The notes under the pieces: model-generated
Told to the model about the DNA's origin: nothing
Seen by the model: the letters and a program-made list of their open reading frames with translations, nothing else
Database searches by the model: none
In this document: positions 1 through 13,307 of the stretch, piece by piece
Numbering within the stretch: the first letter of the stretch is position 1
Layout: the number at the start of each line of letters is the position of its first letter
NCBI RefSeq assembly: GCF_009914755.1
Contig: NC_060926.1
Strand: one strand, 5' to 3'
DNA: 64,000 nucleotides
DNA from: the human T2T-CHM13v2.0 reference genome, Homo sapiens
Translations under genes and position numbers: made by a program

Positions 1-1389
1 CTTATATATCATTTTATAAAAATTCCTTAATAGTACATTGGAAAAAACATTACAATGATCTATCTGACAATCAATTCACTTGTCTTTAAGAAATTTTTTT
101 CAAATTTTTATAAAATGCTTCAAAGTGTTGCTGAAATTTATGTAAAATAATTTATCTAAATGTAGTATAATTGTTTTTCTAATATAAATTAATAACTTGA
201 TCACATTTATTAATGTGACTATACAATCTTACTTGTAAATATTCCACTCCATTTCAAATAATCAAAATATAAAATTAATGCATTTTGAAATTTCAAAATA
301 AACTGTTACTTCTTTAATATTCTTTTGTTACCACATCAAATAATTACCTCTTCAAATTTAAGGCACTAAGTTCTTTAACATTAAAAAAAAAAAGTGTTTC
401 CCCATTTAATTGAAACCAGTTACCCTAAGTGTACAAACTGAAAATTTGAAGTTTAACTTATTTGTTTGGTCCAACCAAAAATGCATCTACATAAGGATCA
501 TTGTGAGTCTAGTAGTTTCTGGCCTATGGAGAAACCCCCAGTTTTGCCTTTAAAGAGTTTATACTTAAAAACAGAAGAGGAAAAACATAAATCAATTTAA
601 TTTTCCAGCAAGTGAATAATGTGCCTAAAATCCTCGTGAAAAGCCCAAGTACATAAAGAAATACATAATTTAATGGGAGAGCTAAAGTTAACGTATATGA
701 AATATTATAAGCTTTTGGATAGAATTTAGCAATCATTATAAGATAACCTTACTGAAGGTAAACAAGATGGCTCTAAATGCCAAAAAAAAGTACAATCAGT
801 TTTGCCTAAGTATTTAATAGAAAGAAATCTACACTTTTAAGAAAGGTTTGTTGATATTTGCTTATCTAAATAAGGAAAATAAAGTTGAATGCTTCCACTC
901 ACCCTAACTTTCAAAAATATGAGAAAAAATAATATAAAGATGTATGTCTCACATATGACCTTGCCCTGTGTAATTTTCATAAGTGAAAAGCAAATAAACA
1001 GCAATTGTCACTATTCTAAACACACAGCTGCGTTCCATAATATTTATCCTTACTCCTTCCCTCATTTATTATTGCCGGTAAATTATGTATTTGTCACTAA
1101 CACTAGCTGAATAGATTTGAAACAGTAAGTGTAACAGGCTCAAATGGACAGTGCCTATTATCTTTTCCCTTTTCTCTCCTGCCCTTTTATGGCCTATAAC
1201 TTCATTCAATCTGTAGCTACATTTATGTTCCTTTTACAACAAAAAGGGTCATAATGCTGTCTCTGATAATACTGAAATTGCCTAATTTGTTCGTCTTCTT
1301 TCAACGCCTTGGAAATGGTCACCCTCTCCAGTTATGCCTGGGTTTGTCCCCATCAACTTTGAAAATTAAGGTCCTGTTTAGTCACTGGC

Positions 1390-2140
1390 AATCGCACCAC
1401 CAAAACGCCTTCGGGCATTTTGTTCAGCCAACAGGGTGATAGAGGCCGAAGAGGCCCAGGTCTGGCTGGCTCAGGAAACGCACTCCTGAAGCCGCAGGCC
1501 CACCTACTACTACTAGAACAACCCCGGGTGTCATTCGCGTGCCTCTCGGTGCGGTGGGGGCGGACAGTTGCGCCAATCCCCGAAGCAAGGGAGGGAGCAG
1601 CGGGTCAGCTGACGCTGAGAAGGCGCGAGTGAAGGAATGAGAAGAATTTGCTTGCTCAGAAGATGGGAGCGATAGGGACTCCCTACTCTGACTCCTGGCG
1701 CGGACAGGCGTAGGGAAGAAGTCGAGCCTCCCCACAGCTGTTGCCACTCGGGCTGTCGCCGCGGCGGCCGCTGTTGGCTGCCGCGCCGCTGGGACTGAGA
1801 TGACTGTGGCTGGGCCGGCCACGGCAGCTGCTTCTGCCTTGACTGCTGCCCCTGACCCTTCTGCTGTTTCTTCCTTGATTTTAGCATCAGCTTTTTCTTC
1901 TTCTTCTTTTTTCCCCACCCCGGCAGCACCTCTTGTAAAAAGCAGAAATAGCCTCTACATTTGCCAGAGAGCGTGGGTGCAGGGAGGGGAGGCTAAGGTG
2001 GAGTCGTTAGGGTCTCTAACGAGGCTTGGTTCCTGGGGCCCCTCCTGTCTTTTCTCCCGCTCCCGTTAGCATTTTCCTTCCTGCGGTAGCAATGCTTTGT
2101 CAGCCTCGTGCTGGGTAGAACTCCCGCGTAGTCTCCTCCT
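1390..2140. promoter_or_regulatory. CpG island / probable promoter and first exon
   Basis: Abrupt GC- and CpG-rich block in AT-rich, CpG-depleted DNA; GC box GGGGCGGA 1557-1564, CCAAT 1573-1577, palindrome GTCAGCTGAC 1604-1613 overlapping TGACGC, NotI site 1764-1771. Confidence 0.85.
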
Positions 2141-5100
2141 CCTTTCCCACTTGCAAGGAGGCTTCACCCCCTCATCCCCTCCAACGAGGAGAACAGTATC
2201 AAAGGTATAAAAGGGAAATAAATGCTCCAAGATAACTGTATATTTTGCCACACAAATTTGAACTGGGTTTCGCGTAATAGAAAACAGATCTTTTCAAGTC
2301 CTGGGACAATAAAATAAAATTCAAACGGATGGATATGGCGGGTTGGAGAACAATCAACAGCTAATTTGGAAGAGCACTTCTTGAGGATTTTCCTGACCTG
2401 CCCTTGCATGTGACTTCCCTTTTCTAAGATCCTCTTCCCCTTTCAAGGCTAAAAGCTGGGTATGATTCAGCTCATAAAAATATGTCACAGCAATTGGAAT
2501 TTACCCTTTGACCTTCTACTCCCTCACTGCCACCTCCTCTACACACACGCACACACACAGTCTGCAGTTCACTAACTAGCTCTATTTTCACTAAACAGAT
2601 GGCCGCGTTGCTGATGAAAACTGCCTTTTTGTACAAGATAAAACTTCTAAAAATCTTTATGATAGGACCTATTTACAAAAAGAGCCGAAAGCCACATTTT
2701 TGGTGATGCATATGTGAATTCTGAGATAGTTTGATAAATAAACAAAGCGATAAATATATTTTATTTACATAGGCACAAAAAGAAAACTATCAGTAAATAG
2801 TCATCTTCCTTTAACACCATTCTTCTTTCTGAAATTTGTTTTTGTGGACCAGTTATGAATGATCATATTCAGTATTTAACATTAAGGAGCATATTATTTC
2901 AGGGATCCCAGTGGCTAGATTTAAAACATGCAAGAAAGGGGCAGAAAGCTGAGCCTAAAATGTATGAGGAGTGTTTTCTAGTTTTTCTAAAAGCCTGTTC
3001 ACCTTTCCAAATAATTTTTCCTTGCCTTTGTGCGGTGAAAGCCCCATTACCAGCTATGAAAAAAATAGTGCTAAGTGTTTTGTACAATTTCTTGTGAGTG
3101 CGAAGCTCAAAAAGCCGAGAAAATGGGCAAAACACTGAATCAGGCCACAAGGGCCAGTTCAAATGCACAGAGAGACATTTTTACTGCATTATTTGAACTA
3201 TTACTAAATAAAATGCTTTCTTCCTTGGAGCTTAGCTAAGTACTAATTTTCCAAAACATGAATACGACTTCTGGTGAAAAGTTACAAATAATTTAAATGC
3301 CTGACTACAATATTGTGCCCTCTCGAATTAACAGTGTTCCCTTGGCCCTTCCCTACATACTGAAAATAGTGCAGGCCCTCAAATCACATTTGAAAAACTT
3401 AAAATGTCCAGGAAGTTTTTGAATCCAGAAGTTTGAGAACATCATGGACAAATTTAAACACAGTTTTCTCCATGAATATGGTGACTAGAAATGATGAATT
3501 GAAACCGTTTCTGGCAATTCATTACCAGATGCCTAAGAAATGACTAACTGTCACATTAAAAAAGAAATTGACAGCCAGGAATTAAGTCATTTTTAACACT
3601 AATATGATTGTGATTTTTTAAGACAATTATTTCTCCCCTCTATGTTTGAACGTGCTGATAATACTGACATAGTCAAATTCAGAGCAAAGAACATATAATA
3701 AAAATAACAATATATAAAGCATAAGAGAAGGTGTTTTCTGAGCTCGTACCATTTTCTCCATATCTAGAGAAAAAACAAGTTTCCTTCAGCAATTAACATT
3801 TGCTAATAATATTTTTATTTGGCAAAGCATAGAAGGTGACCATTTAACAATATCCATTCAGTCTTTAGGTAACAACAGTTTCTCTCTGTTGTTTCTTTAC
3901 AATGATCAAATTTCTTTGAGTTTCTTCTTTTTTATACTTTCACTTTTGTTTAAAATTAATGGAGCTAAAAACTTACAGATAAATTCTGCAAATATACCTA
4001 GATACTCTTTATCATTGTAAATAGCTTAGTGGTGATCTGCCATTTTTCATGATAACTGGGCACCAACTGCTGGTTAGAAATATTTTTCATGGAATTCTTT
4101 GTACTTTAAATAAACTACTACTTCAAGATCTGCCATGTGTCCCTCATTCATCTTTAGGGCACAAAGTTACATGTAACTTTTTGTGAGCTTTGATTTTGAA
4201 ATATTTGTCTCATAGGTGCAATCTCTAGCAATCTTTTAACTCAGTGCAAGTTTATTAATGACCTTCAGCAAGTTAAGGCAGAAATGTGTATTTTAAAGGT
4301 TTATTTTATGATTCATCTTATGCAAAAAAAAATTTTGAAAAATTGAATCTACATTTATTTTCTGCTCTTTTGACCCAGTATTAAAAAGTCTCCATGTGCA
4401 TTTCACATAATGAACATCACAGAAGGGGAAAAATTGTTGTTTCCTTTGGCATTTCTCATCTGAGGTGGTAGAAAAATATGCATCTGCTTTTCCCGTGGAG
4501 AGGGAGATAATATAATAACCTTCTGATTATATACATAAGCAAAAACTGATCAGTTTCTCTTGTGGTTCATTTTTTAAGGGCAAGTTCCAGTTGGATTGTG
4601 CTAATGCACATATTCATGAATCTCTCCAAACAGGATTCACTGCTCTCCAGGGAACCCTTGAAGTATGCATCATTGTTTCAATGAAGTATCTTCATTATAA
4701 AACATAGAGCCTATAAAAGGTGAATACCATTTGCCACTGCTTAATATAATCGCTGGTCTGACTTTCTTCCGCTATATTTTTTTCCTCCCTTGCTTCCTTT
4801 CTTTAATCCTTTCTTCCCTCTTTCATTATTTCCTTTTATGTTTTCTTTCTCTTTCTTGTAACAAATAGAAAAAATGACAAAGAATCATTAGAAATATTAA
4901 AAATTAGATAAAATAAGGAAATGCTTTTGTTTTCAAAATCAAACTTAATTTCTTTCGAAATGTTATATAGATGGGGTATGAAATTTAACTAACCCCCCCC
5001 CCAAATCCTTATATTTGTGCAAATGTTTTATTTGAAACGAAGGAGCTTATGGAAATTTTTAGTCTCTGCATATGCATAAGTTTTTTGTGTCAAAAAAGTG

Positions 5101-6149
5101 AGGCCAAAGGTGAAAGGTATAGTAAGTAGGTAAACATTTTTAAGACAGGCAATGAAAGGTACTATAGTCACAACAATGTGATGAAAACAGGCACACAAAT
5201 TTTTCATCTCATTGGGATTATTGCAAACGGAACAACATCTTGAACTAGTCAACCTTTTATTTATGTATGTTTGCGCCAGATATATATCCTAACATTTCTC
5301 CTTTTCTTCTCTTTAGATTCCTTCCAGACAACCTGAGATTTAGGGAGTTCCCCTAATGTGCATGTTACAAAGAGGCCTTTATTAGAGAGGACATGAATGG
5401 AGTTCTGAGAAAGACTACAAAAGCCCGACACTGCAATTGGGTATAATGGGGTGCTTTATAGGGAAGGAACACTGTCTTTTGGGTATGAAGGACAGTTTAA
5501 TACAACATCTATTGCAAGGAAACAAAGGAGTTATGTAGCTCACAAATTAGGGTATTCACATCTAGATATACTAGTGATGGAGTATAGAGAACTTGGAATT
5601 CAGTGTAAAATGATCTTGTCATCCAACATAGTACTCAGTGGAATGTGGCATTCCTTGGATGTAAGTTGTGTAGTCATCAAAATAGATTGTACAAATCACA
5701 AATAACTGTCACTTTGTGACTCTATAGCAATTAGCAACCAAAGATAGTAATTCTTAGTGGCACTAAAAATAAGATGAGACATCTATGATTAAGCAGGAAG
5801 TGAAAAATGCAATTCAAGACACTATATATTCCGATTTTCTTAAGTCTCTCACAGAAAATTAATAGAGGATAATATTTTTAAGAGGAATAAGGGGCATAGC
5901 ACATACAACATGGAGCCAGTGATTTATTGTTGAAGTTTAAGTGATCACTTCGGACAGTCAAATCTCAAATCTTTACTGTCTGACATGCCATGAAGTGGTG
6001 GAGGGAGTGGAAATTGAACAAAGATTCAAGAACACAGCAGCATGCTATAGGAACTCTTTATCTAGTGGACAAGCCAGTAGGCAAACTATAGTAATATTCT
6101 CCCTCCTTGCTATTGAAATTAGCTAGTTCTATGTTGCTAAATCGACTGA

Positions 6150-6880
6150 ATTATGTTCCATCCTTGATTTACTGTGGTGGTTGCTAACACTTGATACTGT
6201 TGACCACACACTCTCATTCCTTGGCTTTCCTACCTTTCACCTTCATAATTTTGTCCCAACTCATTTTAGCCACTTTTACATCCTGTTTCTTAGACTCCTT
6301 TTCCTCTGCCTACTCATTAAGTAGAGGTATTCCTCTAAGTTCTGTCCTCAACCCTTTGCTTGTCCCATTCTAAACTTTTCTGGCTGGGTGACCTCAGCTA
6401 TTCTTGTGGCTTTAATTATCTATCCTCTGAAGCTGACTCTCCAACCCTAGCCCTGATCTCCCCCTCTGAGCCCACAGTTAAGGAAGCCCACACTTTCCTG
6501 AAAACCACCCAGATACCCCACAAGCACTCTAAATTCAGTGGGTCCAAAGCTGAATGCATGTTATCTTCCCCCGTCTCCCACATTGAACCTATTATCTTTC
6601 TCCTGTGTTTCCTTATCTTAAAGTGGTATCATCACCCAAACTGTTGCTAAAGTCAGAAAGGTATGAACCATTCTTTTCTTTCATGTCTTACTACCAATCA
6701 GTCTCTAATTCTTATCCTAAATCTACAGATTTATCTCCATCTCCATTACTACTGCCTTGGTTCAAACCACCATGATCTATCATTAGGATTGTTGCAATAC
6801 CCTTCTAGCAGATCTGCTTGTCTCTAGTCATACTTTCTTCAAATACTATCTCCTCAGTGTTCTTTCTAAAATACAGGTCT
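6150..6880 (+). mobile_element. L2 LINE fragment
   Basis: Pyrimidine-rich L2-like motifs (ggtgacctcagctattcttgtggctttaattat...gctgactctcc...ccctgatctccccctctgagc). Confidence 0.7.
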
Positions 6881-6979
6881 GGCTACAAATACAGAGGTAT
6901 AATGTGTTATTTAGGGTGAAGGAGAAAGCTAAGAAGATACATAACATTATGCCTAGTATGATCTTGTGAATATTCATCT

Positions 6980-7290
6980 AATCCATGAGCAAATCCTGCT
7001 GGGTTAAATAATATTTTCTGCATGAATTATTGCAATAGTTTCTGAATGATCTCATATGTTAGCCCTTATTATCCTAGAGTCTATTTTAAGAGAACAGAGA
7101 AATACTGTTGATACTTAAGTCAGATTTTGTTGACCATCTACTCAAAAGCCTCTAGTGCCTTACATTTCAGTCAAAGTAAAATCAAACTCATAATGGCCTA
7201 AAAGGACCTACACGACAAAGCCCCCTGTGGTGACCTATCTTACTTCATCCTCTACCATTCTTCCTCTAGTTCATCAGACACTCAACACTT
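6980..7290 (+). mobile_element. L2 LINE fragment
   Basis: L2-like 3' region (ctactcaaaagcctctagtg...cataatggcctaaaaggacctacacga). Confidence 0.6.
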
Positions 7291-7344
7291 AGCAACATAA
7301 ATGAAGAGAATTGTATAGGTTAATGTCAAGGTGATCCTGGGACC

Positions 7345-7490
7345 ACTTCCAGGCTCTGCAGCTAGCCATCTGGCTTGGAACTTTAAGCAAATTATTTTAT
7401 CTCTCTGAGCATCAGTTTCTTCATGTGTAAAACTAGAATAAAATGCCCATTTCAAAGGGTTGTCAATGGTATGTAACAAGATATATGCCT
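7345..7490 (+). mobile_element. MIR SINE
   Basis: MIR core (tctctgagcatcagtttcttcatgtgtaaaa). Confidence 0.7.
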
Positions 7491-8008
7491 GCCATGTAAA
7501 GGTGATGTAAAATTTTATTCTTTTTCTTTATTCAATCACCTTTAAAACCAATTCAATAAGGAGCTCTTACTTTGAACTAATACACATTCTTCTTGAAAAC
7601 AAAGAGTCATAATTAATTTATAAAGCTAATGATTTGTATTATAGTCTAAAGTAGGGATCGGATTTCAAAATAAATCTTTGTAGTTTATTTTATCCTCAGA
7701 AAATTCATTGAATTGCCTTCATTTATTACAATATTATTACAATTATAAATTTCAAATGTATATAATTCTGTTATTGCTTATAATCTTGTGAGAGTTTTCC
7801 CTTTTTAAAAATTTTCTAAAAATTTTAATAAAAGAACAAAATTCTGACATAGCATATTGAATACATATGAATTATATTGGAATTTCTTCAATAGATTGCT
7901 AAAATATATTCATTATACCCTGGAATATCTCAATTATTTAGGTTAAGGAATTTGTAGCAATGTCATGAGTTTCATGCCATACATTTAGAGGGAAAGAAGG
8001 TAGGGCTG

Positions 8009-8170
8009 TGTTCAAATCATAACACCAGCCTTTACTAGCTTTGTGACCTTGGGAACATTATTTAACCAATCTGCACCTTAATTTCCTATCTATAAAATGG
8101 AGTTAATAAATACTACCCACTTCCTAGGAGAGTTCTAAGGATTAAACAATATATACAAGTAAGAGAACAC
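8009..8170 (+). mobile_element. MIR SINE
   Basis: ttactagctttgtgaccttggg...tttcctatctataaaatgg core. Confidence 0.8.
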
Positions 8171-9415
8171 AATAATGGTAGTTAACGTAGCAGAGGTAAT
8201 GGTAATAATCATGGTGGTTGTAGTAATATTAATCTCCCTTACAAGAGTAGGATTCTTGAAAAGAATGTTGAATGATCTTGAAAACACTGTATTATTGCCC
8301 ACTGCATTCTTTTAAGGGGAAACACTAATATTTCTTTATCCTCTAACTTTTATAATTTTCCTAACAGAAAAAATATGGTAGTAATATGGTGCCAAAGATT
8401 TTACCAAAAAAAAAAATAGGGATAGATTTAGAGCATTCTGTTATGGAGTGTAAAGCTGTGAAACATTGTTTATTTGGTATATACTGGAGAAAAATGATAC
8501 ATAAATCAAACTATAAAAACCTGTGCTATGAGCAGCAGTAGTTTCTCCCAGGAGACAGTAAGAATATAAAACAGAGAAAATAAATATTAAATTAAGCCTC
8601 AGATAACTATGGAAAAAGTCTAATCAAGGAAGTTACACTTTCGCTGCTCAATTTCTTTCTGTATGTGCGTGTGTGTGTGCGTGCATGCATGTGTACATAC
8701 ACTTCTCCATATCTCAACTTTTCATGAAGATAATTGTTTCGTGAAAAATATTTACCTAGCAAATCCGACCATCAGCAAATCAAAACAATCGTGGGAAAGG
8801 GGACAAAGTGGTCAGAAAATACCTGGAACGGGAGGTTGGCACACATTTTTATCCAGTCTTTATAGGTAGAGACACTGCCAGCCAAAAATGCATTTCCCAT
8901 CCCCCAAACAGGACACATAATTATTAATGTGGCAAAAAGCTGTGCTATGTATCAAAAATGTACTCTGTAATTTGCTTGAATTTCACCACATGCATTGCAA
9001 TATTTTACTACCAGATCACACAGTTCTTACATATGAATCAAGCATCAAATATACTTCTGATAGAGTCAAGAAATCATCATGAATGAGGTAGTATTATTTG
9101 AAAGTCAAAGGATGGCACTCAAGCCTCTTCAGCCATATTCTTCTGAGGCTGAGATTCATTGTCACATCAAGGAGGCAGACATAGAGAGACTTGGTTTTTA
9201 ACAATATACGTTCCATTTTCAGCTCTGACACTCACTAGTTTTGTGTACCAAAAACAAAAACAAAATGAGGCAATAAACAATTCACAAAAAAGTAAACAAA
9301 AACCCATTCACTGCGTACCTGTTATGCATCCTGGTGTCCAGTGGTGGTAAGATACACAACATGTGTTCGCTGACCTCCACACCACAATGCAACGGAGGAG
9401 ATACATATTAAGTAA

Positions 9416-10190
9416 ATGCATCCCTTCACTTATTTATTTTACGCATATTTATTAAGAGCCTCTTATACATCAGGAACTATTCTAGGCAACAGGGGCAGAA
9501 CACTGAACGGAACAGATCACCCACAAAACAAAAACAAAAACCTGACCTCATTGAACATATATCCTCGTGACCAGAAAACAGACCAGAAAAAAATACATAG
9601 TGAGATATGTGATATGTTATAGACTTATAAATTCTATAGAATATAATACAGGGAAGGAGAATGGAGATTCAACTTCTAAATATGTTGGTCTCAGAAGGTC
9701 TAACTGAGAAGATGACACACCAAGAAAGGCCTGAAGAAGGCGAGAGAAAACCCGGAGAGGTGTGTGGAGGAAGAGAATTCCAGAAAGGAATAATAACCAC
9801 AAACACCCTGGGGCAGGAGCATGTGTAATGTATGTGAAAAACAGCAATAAAGTCCTGTGTCCAGATCAGAGAAAGCAAGGGGACAAGCAAGAGAAGATGA
9901 GATCAGAAAAATGGAAGAGGGGCCAGATTGTTCAGCACAGTTTAGGTAAGTTTGTGAACAAAATATGGCACAATCTCTCTTGGTATTACAGGGACCCAGT
10001 GTGTTAAGGATCGAGTGTAGAGAAAGAAGGACAGAGACTGGGAGATCAGTAAGGAACAATTGCAGCAGTCCATGAGGGAAGTGATGATGGCTTGACCCCT
10101 GTTGTTGGAAATTAAGTTGTTAGAAGTTATCTGACTCCGGATGGATTGTGAAGATAGAGTTGACTGCATATACTGATAGATAGGAGGAAT
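9416..10190 (-). mobile_element. L2 (L2a-like) 3' portion
   Basis: Reverse L2 3' end (catatttattaagagcctctta...ctattctaggc) followed by purine-rich L2 body. Confidence 0.8.
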
Positions 10191-10989
10191 CGCTCTAATA
10201 TCACTTCATGAAACATGCAACAAGAGTCTGAGTCTCTTTTTTTCTTTCCTTTTACCCCTTCTAAATATGCATACACCACATATTAATTTTGTGTGAGGGG
10301 TTAGGAAAGACTGCAGGAAAATGGCATTTGACATTGAAGAGTCACTAGAGTAACTAGAAATTTTTTATCTGGGAGAAAGGAAAAAGACAATTCAGGGTTT
10401 TACAATTAGTAAATCATTGGAAAATTTAATGAAAGCACCATCAATGGAAGGTGGAAAAATTATGTTTATAAAACATTTGAGGGTGTTGGTTTGTGGCCTG
10501 ATAGGGAAAGTGTGAGTGTTTACATGTATGTATGTGGGCTTGGGCCAGGAACTTTTATTACCCAATACAGAAACTAAATTAAATGATTTTGGTTGAGAAA
10601 AAAAAAAAGAGAGAAGAGGGATGCAAACATGGATGCATTCAAGAGCAAAAGAAAAGAGATGTATTTAGAGCTTGTTCTATTAGTCTCTATTTCTCAGCTC
10701 TGCTTTCCTCTGTATGTTGTCTTTATTCTGCTGATAGGCTCTTTTCAGGAGGCAAGTAAAATTATTGACAAGAACTTCAGCAATAAGAGGAATTTGTTTC
10801 TCCTGGATTTCAGTCTTTTCCACTAATGGCAGAATTCTCATTGCAAGGGAAAAGGGTAACCTGTTTTGTTCAACCTGCATCCGATGCTCATCACTGTGCC
10901 TCATACAGATGCTATAGAATGGTGAAGAAGTGATTTCCTACAGGAAAATGCAAATTCTAGGCAGATAAAGCAATAGATAAACACTATGG

Positions 10990-12330
10990 TTGGCAAAGTA
11001 GGTTAGGGCAATTAAAGAGTCTGGTAAGCCAAGTGAAGAAGTCTGTATTTTATTCAAAAAGCAACCAACCAGGTATTGACATGGTCAAGTTTACCTTTTT
11101 AAGTCAATGGAAATAAGAAGAGAATGGGTTGGGAAGGAGCTAGACTCAGTGTTATAAATTGCATTGCTGGTCATAATTCTTAATTCATCCCTGCACCTCT
11201 AACCTTTGCCACATGAAAGAAGAGGCAGAATATCTTTCCCCACTCTTTGGCTTGGCATACATATCAACGTGACTTGCTTTAGCAATAATATAGTCAAAAA
11301 TGATATTGAACAAGTTCCTCGTTTAGGACTCAAAAGGCCTGTAGAATTGTTTCTCTTGCTAATATGACGATACCTTTGCCATGCCAGGCCTGTATGCTTG
11401 TTCTAGGAGGAGAAAGCCATATGGAGCAGAGTGAAGCTTATCAGATCAGCTTATCCTAACAGATCAACCAAATGAACAAGTAAGCCCAGCCAAAATCGGC
11501 AAAACCCCCAAGCCCAGCATAGAAAGCTGACCCACTGACTCATGAAAAGAAATTATTGATGTTTTAAGTACTTATATGTTGGGTGACTTGTTTTAACAAA
11601 AGTGTAAGTTTGGCCAGAGTTAATTGGATACCTTCAGGGCTCTGATATTGGAGGCTGTAACAATAATGGGCAAGAAATTACAAGAACTTAAATAAAAACT
11701 GCTGCAGAGGAGTGGGGAGGGGGAATCTGAGACCTAATAGATACTTAGGAAGTATCTTAGGATGATGAATACGTCTCCAATTTAGTAGGAGGGCAGAAAT
11801 AAAAATTTTTTTAGGAAAACATAGAATTGGAGATGGCAATGCTGAGTTGGGCCTTAGAACTGGGGACTTCAATTAAGCAAGAGGACAGGAAGCAAATGAA
11901 GCTGAAGAAGTTGATAATATCACTAAGAAGAATACATAGAATGTGAGAGAATCAAGATCCTGGAAAGCACCAATAATAAGAAATCATAAAGATAAGAGAA
12001 ACAGCAAAGAGCTGCCTCACTGAAGCCAATGGAGAAAGCATTGGAATAATGAGATTTTGAATACCATGATTAATTGTTACAAGGAAATTAAGTAACACGA
12101 GTGCGGAAAAAAACGTTGCTAGTTTGGCAATTGAGAGGTTATCGGCAACCTTGATGAGATAAACTTCAACGCAATGGCAAAGAGAAACCAGATTGGGAAG
12201 AGTTGAGTATCAGTAGGAAAAGGCGGCAAGTAGTAGAAATGTTCATTAAGTTCAGTGGTAACAGAAAGAGAGAGTTGGTTTGATGTGATATCAAGTCCAA
12301 AGAGAGAATAGTGATGCCTAATGAGCAGGC
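10990..12330 (-). mobile_element. L2 fragment interrupted by an MLT1 LTR
   Basis: L2-like purine-rich sequence on both sides of the LTR (e.g. gtttggcaattgagaggttatcggcaaccttg). Confidence 0.6.
11150..11632 (+). mobile_element. MaLR solo LTR (MLT1G/H-like)
   Basis: TG start, gtgacttgctttagcaat and catatggagcagag motifs, 5-bp TSD ctcag/ttcag. Confidence 0.75.
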
Positions 12331-12479
12331 CAGAGAAAAAAAAATTAACAGTGAGGGTGACCTGAGAATAAAATTCAAAAATTTGTAAGGCCTAAATTAG
12401 ACAATAATGGTACTAATAATAAGTATAATTTACTTACTGAATATAAGTAGGGAACTAAAAATAATAATACATAGGATAT

Positions 12480-12640
12480 TGAGATCCTTACATATGTTAT
12501 CACATTTAAAATCCTGTAATGGCCTATGAGGTACAAAAAAATTATTACAGATGGGAAAACTGAGGCTTAGAGATATTAAATAGTCTTACCAAAATCATAT
12601 AGATTGTAAGAAACAGAGCAGATTTTTGACTCAAGGACAC
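12480..12640 (-). mobile_element. MIR SINE
   Basis: ttacagatgggaaaactgaggcttagaga reverse core. Confidence 0.8.
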
Positions 12641-12890
12641 TAGTTCTTTTTAATTACTCTAAAATATTTGGTAATTTATAAAACACTATAGAAATGAGTA
12701 TATGCGTGCATTGTGTATTCACACACATACATTCACATACACATACATAGAGGGAAAAGGCAGGCTAATTTCACTTTACCAAAACAGCAGCCCCTAAATA
12801 ATTTCCCGTAAGTTAATGGAGAAATTTGAAGGTAAGAAGTGTGAATCAACTGAAGGTTGGAGATACTATATAGCATTTCTCTGAAGATGA

Positions 12891-13307
<417 letters not shown>

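Noticed and set aside
1390-2140. Assigning a gene symbol to the CpG island
   Set aside because: I do not recognise the sequence or any encoded peptide; it needs BLAT
5343-5352. NF-kB consensus GGGAGTTCCC
   Set aside because: A single degenerate 10-mer is expected by chance in 64 kb
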